Of a DNA stretch of 64,000 nucleotides, positions 41,499 through 52,033 are shown one piece after another. The stretch spans positions 64,241 through 128,240 of the forward strand of contig JAFDHD010000001.1 of NCBI GenBank assembly GCA_019308995.1, read 5' to 3'. Positions within the stretch are counted from its first letter, which is position 1; every line of letters starts with the position of its first letter. The notes beneath the pieces are model-generated. The model saw nothing but the letters and a program-made list of their open reading frames with translations, was not told the DNA's origin and did not search any database. Both the position numbers and the translations under genes were made by a program. The stretch is from Deltaproteobacteria bacterium. GTDB lineage: Bacteria; Desulfobacterota; Desulfarculia; Adiutricales; JAFDHD01.

Positions 41499-42941
41499 AT
41501 GGGCCTGCAATTACGACAAACCCTCAAACTTACCCAGCAGCTGGTGATGACTCCCCAGTTGCAGCAGGCCATTAAGATGCTTCAGCTATCACGGTTGGAG
41601 CTGCTGCAGACCATTCGTCAGGAGCTTGAGGAGAACGCTGTCCTGGAAACAGACCAGGATGAGGATATAATTACTGATGAAGGGGATGGGCCTGACGGCG
41701 AGCAGCCAAAAACTGTCTCTGAGAATGATTTTACCGAGGTTCGGGTGGAAGAAAAGGCCCGGGAAGATATTGACTGGGCAAGTTATCTGGATGAATACAG
41801 TTCATCTTCAGCCCCGAGCATGCGTGAAGTCCCGGAAGAGAGTAATTACGAAACCTTTATTTCAGCAAAAACCTCCCTGGTTGACCACCTGACCTGGCAA
41901 TGGCGCATGGGCGACCTCACCCCCCGGGAAGACCTCATAGCCGCCCAGATTATCGGCAACCTCGGCGAGGACGGGTACCTGCAGATAAGCCTGGAAGAGA
42001 TCACGGTCATGGAAAACATGCCGCTGGAGGAGGTGCAGCAGGTCTTGGCCAAGGTTCAGGAACTGGACCCGGTCGGAGTCGCTGCCCGTGATTTACGCGA
42101 GTGCCTTCTCATTCAGTTAAAATACCTGGGGCAGACAGGGAGCCTTGCTGAAAGGATAGTGTCCGAGCACCTGTCTGAACTGGAAAAGAAGAATTATCAA
42201 AAGATCGCTAGAAAGCTTAAGACCAGCAAGGAGAAAGTCTTCGAAGCCGTTGAGATCATCCTCAATTTGGAACCCAAACCCGGGCGGTCATTTATCACCG
42301 AGGAGCCACAGTATATTACGCCTGATGTTTATATTTACAAGATCGGTGGTGAGTATGTCATCGTACTAAATGAAGACGGGCTGCCTCGACTCAAGGTTAA
42401 CCGGTACTACCGGGATATTCTTACCAATCGGAAGGCCGTCTCAGACCAGACCAAGGAGTACATCCAAGGCAAGCTTCGGTCCGCCGTCTGGCTGATTAGA
42501 AGCATTCATCAGCGGCAGCGAACTATTTACCGCGTCACAGAATCAATTATCAAATTTCAGCGTGAATTTCTGGATAAAGGCATCCCCTACCTCAAACCAC
42601 TGGTGCTGCGGGATGTGGCTGAAGATGTTGAGATGCACGAATCCACCATCAGCCGGGTAACCAGTAACAAGTATGTCCATACACCCCAAGGAATCTTTGA
42701 GCTGAAGTTCTTTTTCAACAGCTCCATAAGTAAATTTGACGGTGAGTCCTTGGCTTCGGAAAGCGTTAAGGAACGCATCCGGAAAATCATAGCCGCCGAG
42801 GACCCCCATAAGCCCCTATCTGATCAGCGCATTGTTGAAATTTTAAGGGCGTCCAATATTAACATCGCTCGACGGACAGTAGCTAAGTACAGGGACATGC
42901 TGGGTATTCTGTCATCGAGCAAAAGGAAAAAGCACTTCTAG
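41499..42941 (+). CDS. rpoN: RNA polymerase sigma-54 factor
   Basis: The N-terminus is Gln/Leu-rich (LTQQLVMTPQLQQAIKMLQLSRLEL), and the RpoN box ARRTVAKYR is near the C-terminus. Confidence 0.95.
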   Translation: MGLQLRQTLKLTQQLVMTPQLQQAIKMLQLSRLELLQTIRQELEENAVLETDQDEDIITDEGDGPDGEQPKTVSENDFTEVRVEEKAREDIDWASYLDEYSSSSAPSMREVPEESNYETFISAKTSLVDHLTWQWRMGDLTPREDLIAAQIIGNLGEDGYLQISLEEITVMENMPLEEVQQVLAKVQELDPVGVAARDLRECLLIQLKYLGQTGSLAERIVSEHLSELEKKNYQKIARKLKTSKEKVFEAVEIILNLEPKPGRSFITEEPQYITPDVYIYKIGGEYVIVLNEDGLPRLKVNRYYRDILTNRKAVSDQTKEYIQGKLRSAVWLIRSIHQRQRTIYRVTESIIKFQREFLDKGIPYLKPLVLRDVAEDVEMHESTISRVTSNKYVHTPQGIFELKFFFNSSISKFDGESLASESVKERIRKIIAAEDPHKPLSDQRIVEILRASNINIARRTVAKYRDMLGILSSSKRKKHF

Positions 42942-42989
42942 CCGCATCGCAAACGCACGGCAAGAATTAGTTATTAAAGGAGATTATTC

Positions 42990-43538
42990 ATGCAACTTTC
43001 TGTTACATTTCGACATATGGAACCTTCAGACGCATTAAAAGATTATGCTTATGAGAAAATTTCCCGTATTGAAAAATATTTCGATTCTGTGATGGAGGTT
43101 CATGTCGTTCTATCCGTGGAAAAATTCAGGCATACTGCGGATGTCAGCATTATTTCCGACGGTCTCAAGATAAAGGGCCAAGGGCAGACAGGGGACATGT
43201 ATTCCGCTATTGACACGGTTATTAATAAGATGGATAAACAGGCGAAACGGTACCGGGAGAAGATAAAAAGGCGTAAGTCTGGCAAGCGGGTCAAGGCTCG
43301 AAGCGTTCGCATGGACGTCATTGCCTCTGACGTTGAAGACGAATCAGATAAAGGACCGGAAATCATTCGTTCCATGCAGGTTTTTGCCAAGCCCATGGAT
43401 ACGGACGAGGCAGTTATGCAGCTTAATCTTTCGCAGGAACAATTTTTAGTCTTTACTGACGCGGAAACAGGGGCTATTAACATCCTGTATCGTCGTGAGG
43501 ATGGAAACTATGGACTAATCGAGCCAATTTCAGAATAA
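42990..43538 (+). CDS. hpf: Ribosome hibernation promoting factor (long form)
   Basis: 182 aa with a sigma-54 modulation/S30EA N-terminal domain and a C-terminal dimerisation-type domain. Confidence 0.85.
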   Translation: MQLSVTFRHMEPSDALKDYAYEKISRIEKYFDSVMEVHVVLSVEKFRHTADVSIISDGLKIKGQGQTGDMYSAIDTVINKMDKQAKRYREKIKRRKSGKRVKARSVRMDVIASDVEDESDKGPEIIRSMQVFAKPMDTDEAVMQLNLSQEQFLVFTDAETGAINILYRREDGNYGLIEPISE

Positions 43539-43563
43539 TTAGCCATAACTATGGGAAGTAATA

Positions 43564-44022
43564 ATGAAACTTACAGATATTTTAAAAGAAAAGGCTACAA
43601 TTTCTGAGTTGGCTGGCAGGAATAAGAAAGAGGTGTTGGGAGAGCTGTGCTCTGTTTTGGCCTCCCAGGAGCAGTTGGACCCAGAACCGCTGCTCAAGGT
43701 TCTCCTTGAGCGGGAGAAGTTGGGAAGTACTGGTATCGGAGATGGTATTGCCATCCCCCATGGCAAGTACGAAGATATCAACAAAACACTGGTCGCCTTT
43801 GGCCGAAGCCTGGCCGGGGTGGATTTTGAATCCCTGGATAGCCAGCCGGTGCATCTTTTTTTCCTTATCCTTGCCCCGGGAAAGTCAAGCGGGATTCATC
43901 TCAAGGTCCTGGCCAAGATTTCCAGGCTGCTTAAAGATGCTTCCTTCAGGCAGGAGCTTTACGCCGCCAAAGGAAGCTCAGAAATTTATAAACTAATCGC
44001 TTCCCAGGATGATGAGTTCTAA
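43564..44022 (+). CDS. ptsN: PTS IIA-Ntr-like protein
   Basis: 152 aa with the phospho-His region GIGDGIAIPHGK. It sits downstream of rpoN-hpf. Confidence 0.8.
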   Translation: MKLTDILKEKATISELAGRNKKEVLGELCSVLASQEQLDPEPLLKVLLEREKLGSTGIGDGIAIPHGKYEDINKTLVAFGRSLAGVDFESLDSQPVHLFFLILAPGKSSGIHLKVLAKISRLLKDASFRQELYAAKGSSEIYKLIASQDDEF

Positions 44023-44097
44023 GCTGGCCGTTAAAGACGAGCTTCTGCTGTCTGCAGTCCAGTCTTGGAATCTTCTTTGGAAGTTCCGGAAAAACAC

Positions 44098-44973
44098 ATG
44101 GATCAACGGCGCGGCAGTATCGTTATCATAACCGGCCTATCCGGCTCTGGAAAAACCACGGCTCTTGCAGCCCTGGAAGACCAGGGCTTTTTCTGTATTG
44201 ACAACCTGCCGGTCCTGTTGCTGCCCAAATTTCTCTCGCTGTATAATCAAACCAGTTCGGAGTTCCTCAAACTGGCGGCGGTTATGGATATGCGGGAAAG
44301 GAACTTTGTTCAGAACTTCCAGGAGGTTTTTACTCAGATTCAATCCGATAACTATGATCTGCAAATGGTTTTCCTTGAGGCCTCCAACGAAACACTGGCG
44401 CGGAACTTTTCTTATACCCGCCGTCCCCATCCCTTGGCACAGGAAGGGAAATTGCTTGAGGCTATTGAGAAGGAACGTCAGATGATGAGCCCGGTCAAAG
44501 AGGCGACTCACCAGGTAGTGGACACATCTGAGTTTAATGTTCATCAATTAAGGGACCTGATCGTTCAAAAGTTTGCCAAGGCCAAGGATGGGATGTCCAT
44601 CGAGCTGCTTTCATTCGGATACAGACATGGTATTCCACATGAGGCTGATATCATAATGGATGTGCGTTTTCTGTCTAATCCCTATTATCAGGATGACTTA
44701 CGGGAACTTAACGGCCTGGACCCCGAGGTTATTGAATATGTGATGTCGCGCCATGAGAGTCTTCAGTTTATCACCGACTTTTCAAATCTCCTCGAACAGC
44801 TGTTCCCTCTTTACCAGAATGAAGGCAAATCTTACCTGACCATCGCTATTGGCTGTTCAGGAGGACGACATCGCTCGGTGACCATATCCCATGAACTGGC
44901 GCAGCGGTTTGAAGGAAAGCCATATCGTATCTCGGTTCGGCACCGGGATATAAATCAAGGAAAAAATTTATGA
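44098..44973 (+). CDS. rapZ: RNase adapter / nucleotide-binding protein RapZ
   Basis: P-loop GLSGSGKT near the N-terminus and CSGGRHRSV near the C-terminus. I prefer the ATG at 44098 to the TTG at 44065. Confidence 0.85.
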   Translation: MDQRRGSIVIITGLSGSGKTTALAALEDQGFFCIDNLPVLLLPKFLSLYNQTSSEFLKLAAVMDMRERNFVQNFQEVFTQIQSDNYDLQMVFLEASNETLARNFSYTRRPHPLAQEGKLLEAIEKERQMMSPVKEATHQVVDTSEFNVHQLRDLIVQKFAKAKDGMSIELLSFGYRHGIPHEADIIMDVRFLSNPYYQDDLRELNGLDPEVIEYVMSRHESLQFITDFSNLLEQLFPLYQNEGKSYLTIAIGCSGGRHRSVTISHELAQRFEGKPYRISVRHRDINQGKNL

Positions 44974-45380
44974 TTGGTGTTGTCATCGTAACTCACTGTC
45001 GGCTTGGCGCTGAATTGATTAGCACGGCTGAGTTTATTCTTGGTAGGATCGAAGGGATAATATCCGTTTCAATCGATCTGCAGGTCTCCACAGAGGTTAT
45101 GCGGACCGAAATTGAAAAAAGTATTAACCAGGTTGATCAAGGAGACGGGATCATCATCCTGACAGATATGTTTGGGGGAACTCCCTCGAATTTGAGCCTT
45201 TCCTTTTTATCCGCCGCCAAGGTTGAGGTACTGACCGGTGTAAATCTGCCCATGCTCATTAAACTGATTCAATCGCGGGAAAAAACTGAATTGGCCGAAT
45301 TGGCTGAAATGGTTGGGGCTTACGGCCGCAACAGTATAAATGTCGCCGGGGAAGTCTTGAGCCGTCGTTCGGAAGATTAA
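44970..45380 (+). CDS. PTS EIIA component, mannose/fructose family
   Basis: 136 aa starting MIGVVIVTHCRLGAEL, consistent with an EIIA-Man fold and an N-terminal active His. It has an ATGA overlap with rapZ. Confidence 0.7.
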   Translation: MIGVVIVTHCRLGAELISTAEFILGRIEGIISVSIDLQVSTEVMRTEIEKSINQVDQGDGIIILTDMFGGTPSNLSLSFLSAAKVEVLTGVNLPMLIKLIQSREKTELAELAEMVGAYGRNSINVAGEVLSRRSED

Positions 45381-45691
45381 AAAAATATCAGCAAAGGACA
45401 ACTTCAGAACTGGTCTGAATCAACAGCCGGTTTATTTATGCCCAGATACTTATAGCCTGGATTCTTATCTCCTGGACTGATGACGCGGTTAAGGGAAACC
45501 ACGAGGCGGCGCATGATGATATCCAATGGCCGCCGGGATCATAGGTATATTATCCTTAATCGTAATAATTTATCCAGACTAACCATGGGAAGGGCGGCCA
45601 TGCAATCTGACATTCTTCCAGCAGGGGGGGCTGAAGGAGTCATCATTCTCCACTTCTTGTTGGCCGCTTCCTGCTTCTTCCTCAGCCTGTC

Positions 45692-46165
45692 ATGACCTCT
45701 TTAAGGGACAAGAATCCTTTGCTGGATCGAATCGTAATCGAACCGATGCGGGAGTGTGACCTTGATCAGGTTCTGGCTGTTGAAAAGGCCTCTTTCCGGC
45801 ATCCCTGGTCACGGGCCGGTTTTAAGGCGGAGCTGCATAGAGCCTGCGCGGTCTCGCTGGTCGTGCGCGAGAAGGAAGAGGTCTTGGGTTACCTGGTCTT
45901 TTGGGCTATCAGAGAGGAAATTCATATTCTCAACCTGGTCTTGAGGTCGGATCGAAGGCGCATGGGCTTGGGCCGATTCCTCCTGGAATACATGTTCGAC
46001 TGGGGGCGGAAACGAAAACTGCGGCGTATTTTTTTAGAGGTTCGCGTCTTTAACCTGCCCGCCCGTAAGCTTTATGAACAGGCCGGATTCATTATGACCG
46101 GCCGCCGTAAAAACTACTATGCTGAAGACCAGGAGGACGCCATCCTGATGGCCCGAAGCCTTTGA
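45692..46165 (+). CDS. rimI: GNAT N-acetyltransferase, RimI-like
   Basis: 157 aa with the acetyl-CoA loop RRRMGLGRFLL and the tail NYYAEDQEDAILM, which is typical of RimI. Confidence 0.7.
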   Translation: MTSLRDKNPLLDRIVIEPMRECDLDQVLAVEKASFRHPWSRAGFKAELHRACAVSLVVREKEEVLGYLVFWAIREEIHILNLVLRSDRRRMGLGRFLLEYMFDWGRKRKLRRIFLEVRVFNLPARKLYEQAGFIMTGRRKNYYAEDQEDAILMARSL

Positions 46166-46230
46166 ACAAACCCCATGAACCTTCGTCTCAGGGCCCGGCC
46201 TGTTTTAAAGGGGCTTCTTTGAAAAAGTAT

Positions 46231-46259
46231 TTGACGTCAGGTGAAACAAAAACTAATAT
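46231..46259 (+). promoter_or_regulatory. sigma70-like promoter for pgk-tpiA-secG
   Basis: TTGACG-N17-TAATAT. Confidence 0.4.
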
Positions 46260-46303
46260 AATCATGATTAATTTTTAAAACAGCAACCAGGAGATTCGTC
46301 CAA

Positions 46304-47569
46304 ATGGCTGACAGTTTTGGCATTATGTCTCTTACTTCTTCCCCGGAGGAACGCTTTAAGTTCATCAATGAAGTGGACATCCAGGGTAAAATAATTCTGG
46401 TTCGCGTTGACCTGAACGTTCCTCTGGACGAAAACCTGAACATCACCGACGACATGCGGATTCGCACCATCCTGCCCACGGTTAATTATGCCTTGGACGA
46501 GGGTGCGCGGGTCATTCTGTGTTCGCATATGGGCCGACCGAAAGGCAAGGTGGTGCCAGAACTCAGCTTGAGCCCGGTGGCTCGGCGTTTGAGGCGGCTC
46601 CTGAAGAAGGAGATCCTCCTCGCTCCCGACTGTGTCGGAGAAGAGATTCAAAAGTTGATTTCAGAAATGAAATCCGGGGATATTCTGCTCTTGGAAAACC
46701 TGCGTTTTCATATTGGAGAAGAGAAAAATGACGATGAATTCGCCCGGCAGCTGGCAAATCTCAGCGATGTTTATATAAACGACGCCTTTGCGGTCGCCCA
46801 TCGGCCTCACGCCAGCATGGTCGGCATCACCAAACATGCTTCCGTGTGCGGGGCAGGCTTTCTGATGAAAAATGAGTTGACCTACTTTTACCGCGCCATG
46901 GAAGATCCGGCTCGACCTTTCGTGGCCGTCATCGGCGGCGCCAAGGTATCCTCCAAGCTCTCGGCCATTGAAAACCTGGTGGATAGAGTTGATAAACTCA
47001 TTATTGGCGGCGCCATGGCCAACACGTTTCTCAAGGCGATTTATCCTGCCATTGGTCATAAATCTCTGGTCGAGGAAGACCTTGTTGAAACGGCGCGGGA
47101 GATAATGCGTAAAGCCCGCCGTCAAGGCATCAAGTTCTATATTCCGGTGGATTGTGTCGTGGCTGACCGTTTTGATTCCAAGGCTGAAACCAAGATGACC
47201 ACGGTCCAGGAAGTACCGGAAAACTGGATGATCGTTGATATTGGTCCGGCGACCTCCTCTCTATTTGCAGAGGCCCTGCAGGATGCCAAGACCATTATCT
47301 GGAACGGCCCCATGGGCGCCTTTGAGATAGACGCCTTTTCTCGCGGGACATACCAGATGGTTCATACCATAGCCAACTCGTATTCCCTGACCATCGTCGG
47401 CGGCGGGGACACCGATGTGGCGGTGAATAGACTAGGGGAGTCTTCCCGCATGACCTACATCTCCACTGGCGGCGGTGCTTTCCTGAAATTACTGGAAGGA
47501 GATCAGCTCCCTGGGATTACGGCCCTTGAGGAGCATGCCCGCCGCACAAATCAAAGGGAGGGATCTTGA
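46304..47569 (+). CDS. pgk: Phosphoglycerate kinase
   Basis: The motifs [14 protein letters not shown] and GGGDT are present. The start could be the internal ATG at 46325. Confidence 0.95.
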   Translation: MADSFGIMSLTSSPEERFKFINEVDIQGKIILVRVDLNVPLDENLNITDDMRIRTILPTVNYALDEGARVILCSHMGRPKGKVVPELSLSPVARRLRRLLKKEILLAPDCVGEEIQKLISEMKSGDILLLENLRFHIGEEKNDDEFARQLANLSDVYINDAFAVAHRPHASMVGITKHASVCGAGFLMKNELTYFYRAMEDPARPFVAVIGGAKVSSKLSAIENLVDRVDKLIIGGAMANTFLKAIYPAIGHKSLVEEDLVETAREIMRKARRQGIKFYIPVDCVVADRFDSKAETKMTTVQEVPENWMIVDIGPATSSLFAEALQDAKTIIWNGPMGAFEIDAFSRGTYQMVHTIANSYSLTIVGGGDTDVAVNRLGESSRMTYISTGGGAFLKLLEGDQLPGITALEEHARRTNQREGS

Positions 47570-48346
47570 ATGAGCGAGGTGTTTTCAAATCGCCGGCCCC
47601 TGATTGCAGGCAATTGGAAGATGTATAAGACCGGAGCCGAGGCAGCGGCTTTCATCGAGCATCTCAAGACCCTGCTGCCTTCTGATCTCGAAGTGGACGT
47701 GGCGGTGGCCCCTTCATTTGCGGCCCTGGAATCCGCGCTTCGGGCCGCGGCTGGTTCATCCATCATGATTGCGGCCCAGAACGTTTTCTGGGAAGAGGAA
47801 GGCGCTTACACCGGTGAGGTCTCAGTCCCGATGCTTAAGGGCCTTGGGATCAAATTGGTCATCATTGGCCACTCGGAACGACGGCAGTACTTCGGCGAGA
47901 CCGATGAAACCGTGAACCAACGGGTAAGGACCGCCATGACCCACGGACTGACGCCAATCGTTTGCATCGGTGAAACCTTGGAGCAAAGGGAAGCCAACCA
48001 GACCCGCGAGATCCTCAAGAATCAGGTAAATAAAGGGTTAGCCGGGCTGGATATCGAGGCAGCCCAGAGACTGATCATCGCTTATGAGCCGGTCTGGGCC
48101 ATTGGCAGCGGGCGAACCGCCACACCGGAAATAGCTCAAGAAGCTCACACAGTTATCCGTGGTATGCTTGAGAAAGTCTTTGATAAAGACCTTGCAAATT
48201 CCATTCGGATTCTGTATGGTGGTTCTGTCAAACCGGAAAATGCAACGGAGCTCTTAATCCAGCCGGACATTGACGGGGCTTTAGTTGGAGGCGCCAGCTT
48301 AAAGCCGGATATTTTCTTTGAGATCATCAATTTCAAGGGAGCGTGA
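47570..48346 (+). CDS. tpiA: Triosephosphate isomerase
   Basis: The motifs AGNWKM, IGHSERR and [11 protein letters not shown] are present. Confidence 0.95.
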   Translation: MSEVFSNRRPLIAGNWKMYKTGAEAAAFIEHLKTLLPSDLEVDVAVAPSFAALESALRAAAGSSIMIAAQNVFWEEEGAYTGEVSVPMLKGLGIKLVIIGHSERRQYFGETDETVNQRVRTAMTHGLTPIVCIGETLEQREANQTREILKNQVNKGLAGLDIEAAQRLIIAYEPVWAIGSGRTATPEIAQEAHTVIRGMLEKVFDKDLANSIRILYGGSVKPENATELLIQPDIDGALVGGASLKPDIFFEIINFKGA

Positions 48347-48372
48347 GGACAGTTTTTGTCCCTGATTGCTAA

Positions 48373-48708
48373 ATGGCTTTTTTCATAATTTTACTGCATA
48401 TTGCGGTCTGCTTGGCTCTCATTATGATCGTGCTGCTCCAAACAGGTAAGGGAGCTGACATCGGAGCTGCCTTTGGCGGTGGAGCAAGTCAGACCATATT
48501 CGGGAGCCAGGGCGCTGGAAGTTTTTTAACCAAGCTGACGGCTGTGGCGGCAATCATCTTCATGTTGACCTCACTGGGGCTGAATCTCCTGTCGAGCCAT
48601 CGCCTCGGTAGTTCAGTGATGGAAAGTGTCAAGGAGCCTGTTGCTCAGGAAGAGCCTGCTGAAACGAGCACCCCGATCGAGCGCGGAGAACCGATCAAAA
48701 CGCGGTAA
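48373..48708 (+). CDS. secG: Preprotein translocase subunit SecG
   Basis: 111 aa with two TM helices and the motif LLQTGKGADIGAAFGGGASQTIFG. Confidence 0.85.
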   Translation: MAFFIILLHIAVCLALIMIVLLQTGKGADIGAAFGGGASQTIFGSQGAGSFLTKLTAVAAIIFMLTSLGLNLLSSHRLGSSVMESVKEPVAQEEPAETSTPIERGEPIKTR

Positions 48709-48740
48709 GAGGAAAGTAAGTAAAAAAATTAAATATCCGT

Positions 48741-48827
48741 GCCGAAGTGGTGGAATCTGGTAGACACGCCGTCTTGAGGGGGCGGTGAGCTCCGCTCGTG
48801 CGGGTTCAAATCCCGCCTTCGGCACCA
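48741..48827 (+). tRNA. tRNA-Leu (anticodon GAG), class II with a long variable arm, CCA encoded
   Basis: The GCCGAAG acceptor pairs with CTTCGGC. The anticodon stem CCGTC/GGCGG encloses the loop UU-GAG-GG. The variable arm is TGAGCTCCGCTCGTG and the T-loop is TTCAAAT. Confidence 0.9.
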
Positions 48828-49066
48828 ATTTTTCCTTTAATATCAACGACTTTGTCTCCGTTATTTGCCTCTGAACCAGGTGCAGAATCGGTGCAGGAGT
48901 AAATAGCCCTTTCATCGTCCATATCTATCTGAAAATATCTCTCAAAAGCTTTATTAGTGTGGTGCATGGTAGCCCGTTTAATCTGGTCGGGTGTGAAGTG
49001 CTTTCTTAACGCCGACGTATCGGTTTCGGCCCGGGTACCGATGGTGTCTATGAACACTGAAAAATT
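48806..49066 (-). pseudogene. Possible C-terminal remnant of a tyrosine recombinase (integrase) abutting tRNA-Leu
   Basis: The short open frame ...GTRAETDTSALRKHFTPDQIKRATMHHTNKAFERYFQ... resembles the box II / catalytic Tyr end of phage integrases (R...(G)H-X9-Y). An upstream stop at 49067-49069 truncates it, and the rest of the gene is absent. Confidence 0.3.
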
Positions 49067-49265
49067 TTAACTTGCACAAGCCCGCTTTACCCTCTAAAAT
49101 TTCTATAAAAGCCCTTATTTTTATGCATGGATTCCTTTAGACTTCATCGCCCTGACACGGGTGTTGTGAATCAAGGCAGCGGTATTATCAGTCGCAGTCT
49201 GTGAAAAATTTTTGAAAGGGGTTTTGGGGGCAACTTTTTTCAAGAAGTTTCCCCCAAATATAAAA

Positions 49266-49901
49266 ATGATCGCCATCGTTGATTATAAGGCCGGGAATCT
49301 GCCTAGCGTGGAGAAGGCGGTGCGGTTCCTTGGCTTTGACTGCCAGATCACCCGCGACCCTGCCCAGATAGAAGCTGCCGAGCGGGTCATCTTCCCTGGC
49401 GTGGGCGCTGCCGGTGCGGCCATGGCTGATCTCAAGCGCACGGGGCTCGATCTAGTCCTGAAAACCGTGGTTAATAAAGGCACACCGCTTCTGGGTATTT
49501 GTTTGGGAACGCAGATCATCTTTGACTTCAGCGAGGAGGACGGCGGGACCGACTGCCTGGGCCTGGTACCTGGCAAGGTCAATCGTTTTCCTTCGGATAT
49601 GTCTGAGAACGGCCAGCGGCTCAAGGTCCCTCACATGGGCTGGAACCGGATCAGGTTTGTGCAGGATCACCCGGTCTTCTCGGGCTTAGACCCTGATCAT
49701 GAGTTTTATTTTGTGCACGTTTACTACCCGGCCCCGGCAGAGGAATCCCTTGTCGTGGGGTTGACCGATTATGGGTTGAACTTTGCCTCGGTCGTCGCCC
49801 GGGGGAGCCTGGCGGCGGTGCAGTTTCACCTTGAAAAGAGCGGGCGACCGGGCCTGAAGATCTTGAAAAATTTTTGTAAATGGAATGGAAAAGATGCTTA
49901 G
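49266..49901 (+). CDS. hisH: Imidazole glycerol phosphate synthase, glutaminase subunit
   Basis: It starts [12 protein letters not shown], has the catalytic Cys in GICLGTQ, and has the HMGWN motif. I prefer the ATG at 49266. Confidence 0.9.
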   Translation: MIAIVDYKAGNLPSVEKAVRFLGFDCQITRDPAQIEAAERVIFPGVGAAGAAMADLKRTGLDLVLKTVVNKGTPLLGICLGTQIIFDFSEEDGGTDCLGLVPGKVNRFPSDMSENGQRLKVPHMGWNRIRFVQDHPVFSGLDPDHEFYFVHVYYPAPAEESLVVGLTDYGLNFASVVARGSLAAVQFHLEKSGRPGLKILKNFCKWNGKDA

Positions 49902-50673
49902 CCGCAGGATCATACCCTGCCTGGACGTCCGGAACGGTAAGCTGACCAAAGGCATCAAGTTCAAAGGCAACGTGGATATCGGGAACCCGGTTGAAATGGC
50001 GCGTCTTTATTACGAGGCCGGCGCGGACGAGCTTGTCTTTTATGACATTACCGCGTCTTCGGATCGCCGCGACATCCTGATTGACGTGGTTCGCCGGACC
50101 GCGGAAGAGATCTTTATCCCATTTTCCGTAGGCGGCGGCATCCGCACCATGGAAGACATGCGCCGCGTTCTGCTTGCTGGAGCGGAAAAGGTCAGCATTA
50201 ATTCCGCGGCCGTTAAAAACCCTGGGCTGATCAGACAGGGGGCCGAAGCCTTTGGAAGTCAATGTATCGTCCTGGGGATGGACGTGTTAAAGGTTGAAAA
50301 GACTGAACAAATCTCTTGCGGCTATGAGATTGTCATTCACGGCGGCCGGAAACGGACTGGCATGGATGCCTTGTGGTGGGCTCATGAAGCAGAGCGGCGC
50401 GGCGCAGGCGAGATTTGCCTGAACTCTATTGACGCGGACGGAACCAAAGACGGGTATGAAATGACCCTGACCCGGCTGATTTCCACGAACGTGAATATCC
50501 CGGTCATCGCCTCGGGTGGGGCGGGCAGTCCGGAGCATCTCCGCGCCGTGCTGATCGAGGCTCAGGCTGACGCCGCCCTGATCGCCTCAATAACCCATTA
50601 TGGGGAATACACCATCAAACAGATCAAGGATTACCTTGACGACCACGGCGTAAAAGTACGCAAGGTCTGGTAG
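49885..50673 (+). CDS. hisF: Imidazole glycerol phosphate synthase, cyclase subunit
   Basis: It has [19 protein letters not shown] and SVGGGIR, and overlaps hisH by 17 nt. Confidence 0.95.
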   Translation: MEKMLSRRIIPCLDVRNGKLTKGIKFKGNVDIGNPVEMARLYYEAGADELVFYDITASSDRRDILIDVVRRTAEEIFIPFSVGGGIRTMEDMRRVLLAGAEKVSINSAAVKNPGLIRQGAEAFGSQCIVLGMDVLKVEKTEQISCGYEIVIHGGRKRTGMDALWWAHEAERRGAGEICLNSIDADGTKDGYEMTLTRLISTNVNIPVIASGGAGSPEHLRAVLIEAQADAALIASITHYGEYTIKQIKDYLDDHGVKVRKVW

Positions 50674-50678
50674 AGCGT

Positions 50679-51698
50679 TTACTCGCGAATCATGTCCTGG
50701 AGGCTGCGCATCTTCTGGCGCGCGTCTTCCAGGAGGGACATCAACTGAAGCGAATGGTTGGCGAAAATAGACCCCCGGGAGCCGTTGAGGACAACCAGGG
50801 GTTCGAACTGCGCTTCATTGAGCAGCTCAATAACCCGATCCAGGAGTTCTTCGGCGTTTTTAACTTCAAGGATATTCTTAAAGTCATATTTTATGGCGAT
50901 CATCATGTGCCTGATGCCATAGGCCACCCCCCTGGCAAAATAGAAATTGTCATCAATCTTGGTCCTGGGCACCTTGATATGGACACGCTTTTCCCCTTTA
51001 GTGAATTCGTCTCCAGCCGTCTCTGCTGAAAGAACCCTGTCCTTTCTCCGAGGCGCGTTGGAAAGACGGGTGTTGACCCCGCCCAATAAGGAGGCATACT
51101 GATTCAGGATTTCATTCAGATTATCCGCCCGCGGATAGAAGTAGGCTTCACGGGCAAGCAGCCGAGCCTCAAAATCCCTAAGACTCTTTTCTCCAGCCCT
51201 GAACTTACTCTCAGCCGAAGGCATAATCCACTTAAAGGGATCGTTGGAATAATAGATAAATGCTTTCTCCATGTCCGGGTCAATCTTGTCCGTGGTCCTC
51301 AACCTGGTCAGCTTGTCTCGAAAAACACGGGTGGTGTATCGGACAGACTCAAGGAGACCTAGCTGAAAATTCTGCGGATTATCCAGAAAGATAGTTGGAT
51401 AAAATTTGTCATTTGGCAGCCAGCGTTTGGTCATCTTCTCTGACAAGGTGATGATGGTCCTGGTAGACGCCAGCCCGACAGCCTCCTGGTCGGCCTGAAC
51501 CTCGAAAAACGACGGAAACCTGTAGTTGGCGATCATTATGACAACGCATATCACGACCAGAAGACCGAAGATGCCGAGTATAATCAGGATCCATCTGCGG
51601 CCGGCCGAAATTCGACCTAGACGTCGCTCTCCAGTCTCCATTTTCGAGGCATTGTCCTTTTTCTCTCTCCATAATTTCATATCGAGCTCCTTAGCCAC
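50679..51698 (-). CDS. Conserved-looking hypothetical protein with an N-terminal membrane anchor (possibly DUF2333-like)
   Basis: 339 aa with one TM helix (WILIILGIFGLLVVICVVIMI). The family name is from memory only. It is a single gene convergent with hisF. Confidence 0.5.
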   Translation of the reverse strand: MAKELDMKLWREKKDNASKMETGERRLGRISAGRRWILIILGIFGLLVVICVVIMIANYRFPSFFEVQADQEAVGLASTRTIITLSEKMTKRWLPNDKFYPTIFLDNPQNFQLGLLESVRYTTRVFRDKLTRLRTTDKIDPDMEKAFIYYSNDPFKWIMPSAESKFRAGEKSLRDFEARLLAREAYFYPRADNLNEILNQYASLLGGVNTRLSNAPRRKDRVLSAETAGDEFTKGEKRVHIKVPRTKIDDNFYFARGVAYGIRHMMIAIKYDFKNILEVKNAEELLDRVIELLNEAQFEPLVVLNGSRGSIFANHSLQLMSLLEDARQKMRSLQDMIRE

Positions 51699-51863
51699 AT
51701 TTTCTCCAAGTATAAAGCTAAAATAACAAAACAGGAATGGTTTTCCAAGATAAAGAAGTAAATTTTTCTGTCATTTCTCCCTTTTATTCTTAACCCGTAC
51801 CCATGGGCCTGAACATGGAGTCATGCCTGATCCCCAGTGGATTTAAATACGAAATGAAAATGA

Positions 51864-51892
51864 TTGACAAGGCTGGGACTAGCCTGTATATT
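51864..51892 (+). promoter_or_regulatory. Near-consensus sigma70 promoter for the selenoprotein gene
   Basis: TTGACA-N17-TATATT. The spacer contains the inverted repeat aggct-N7-agcct. Confidence 0.5.
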
Positions 51893-52033
51893 CACTCGCT
51901 ACAGGCTTTCTTGAGAAGGTGGTCAGATTTTTACGGCTTGATCAAGGTGTCCTGCTGGTATAAAATTAGATAGAAATGGCTGAATCAAGGTAAAAACGGC
52001 CTGCCAAAATATGCTCCAAGGAGGGTTTCTTAC

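Noticed and set aside
45480-45695. 71-aa plus-strand ORF and a 28-aa W/P-rich minus-strand ORF (45556-45643) in the EIIA-rimI gap
   Set aside because: The plus-strand ORF has no RBS and an Arg-rich, low-complexity N-terminus. The minus-strand peptide has a GGAG upstream, but it has no neighbouring maturation genes and I could not assess conservation. The evidence is insufficient.
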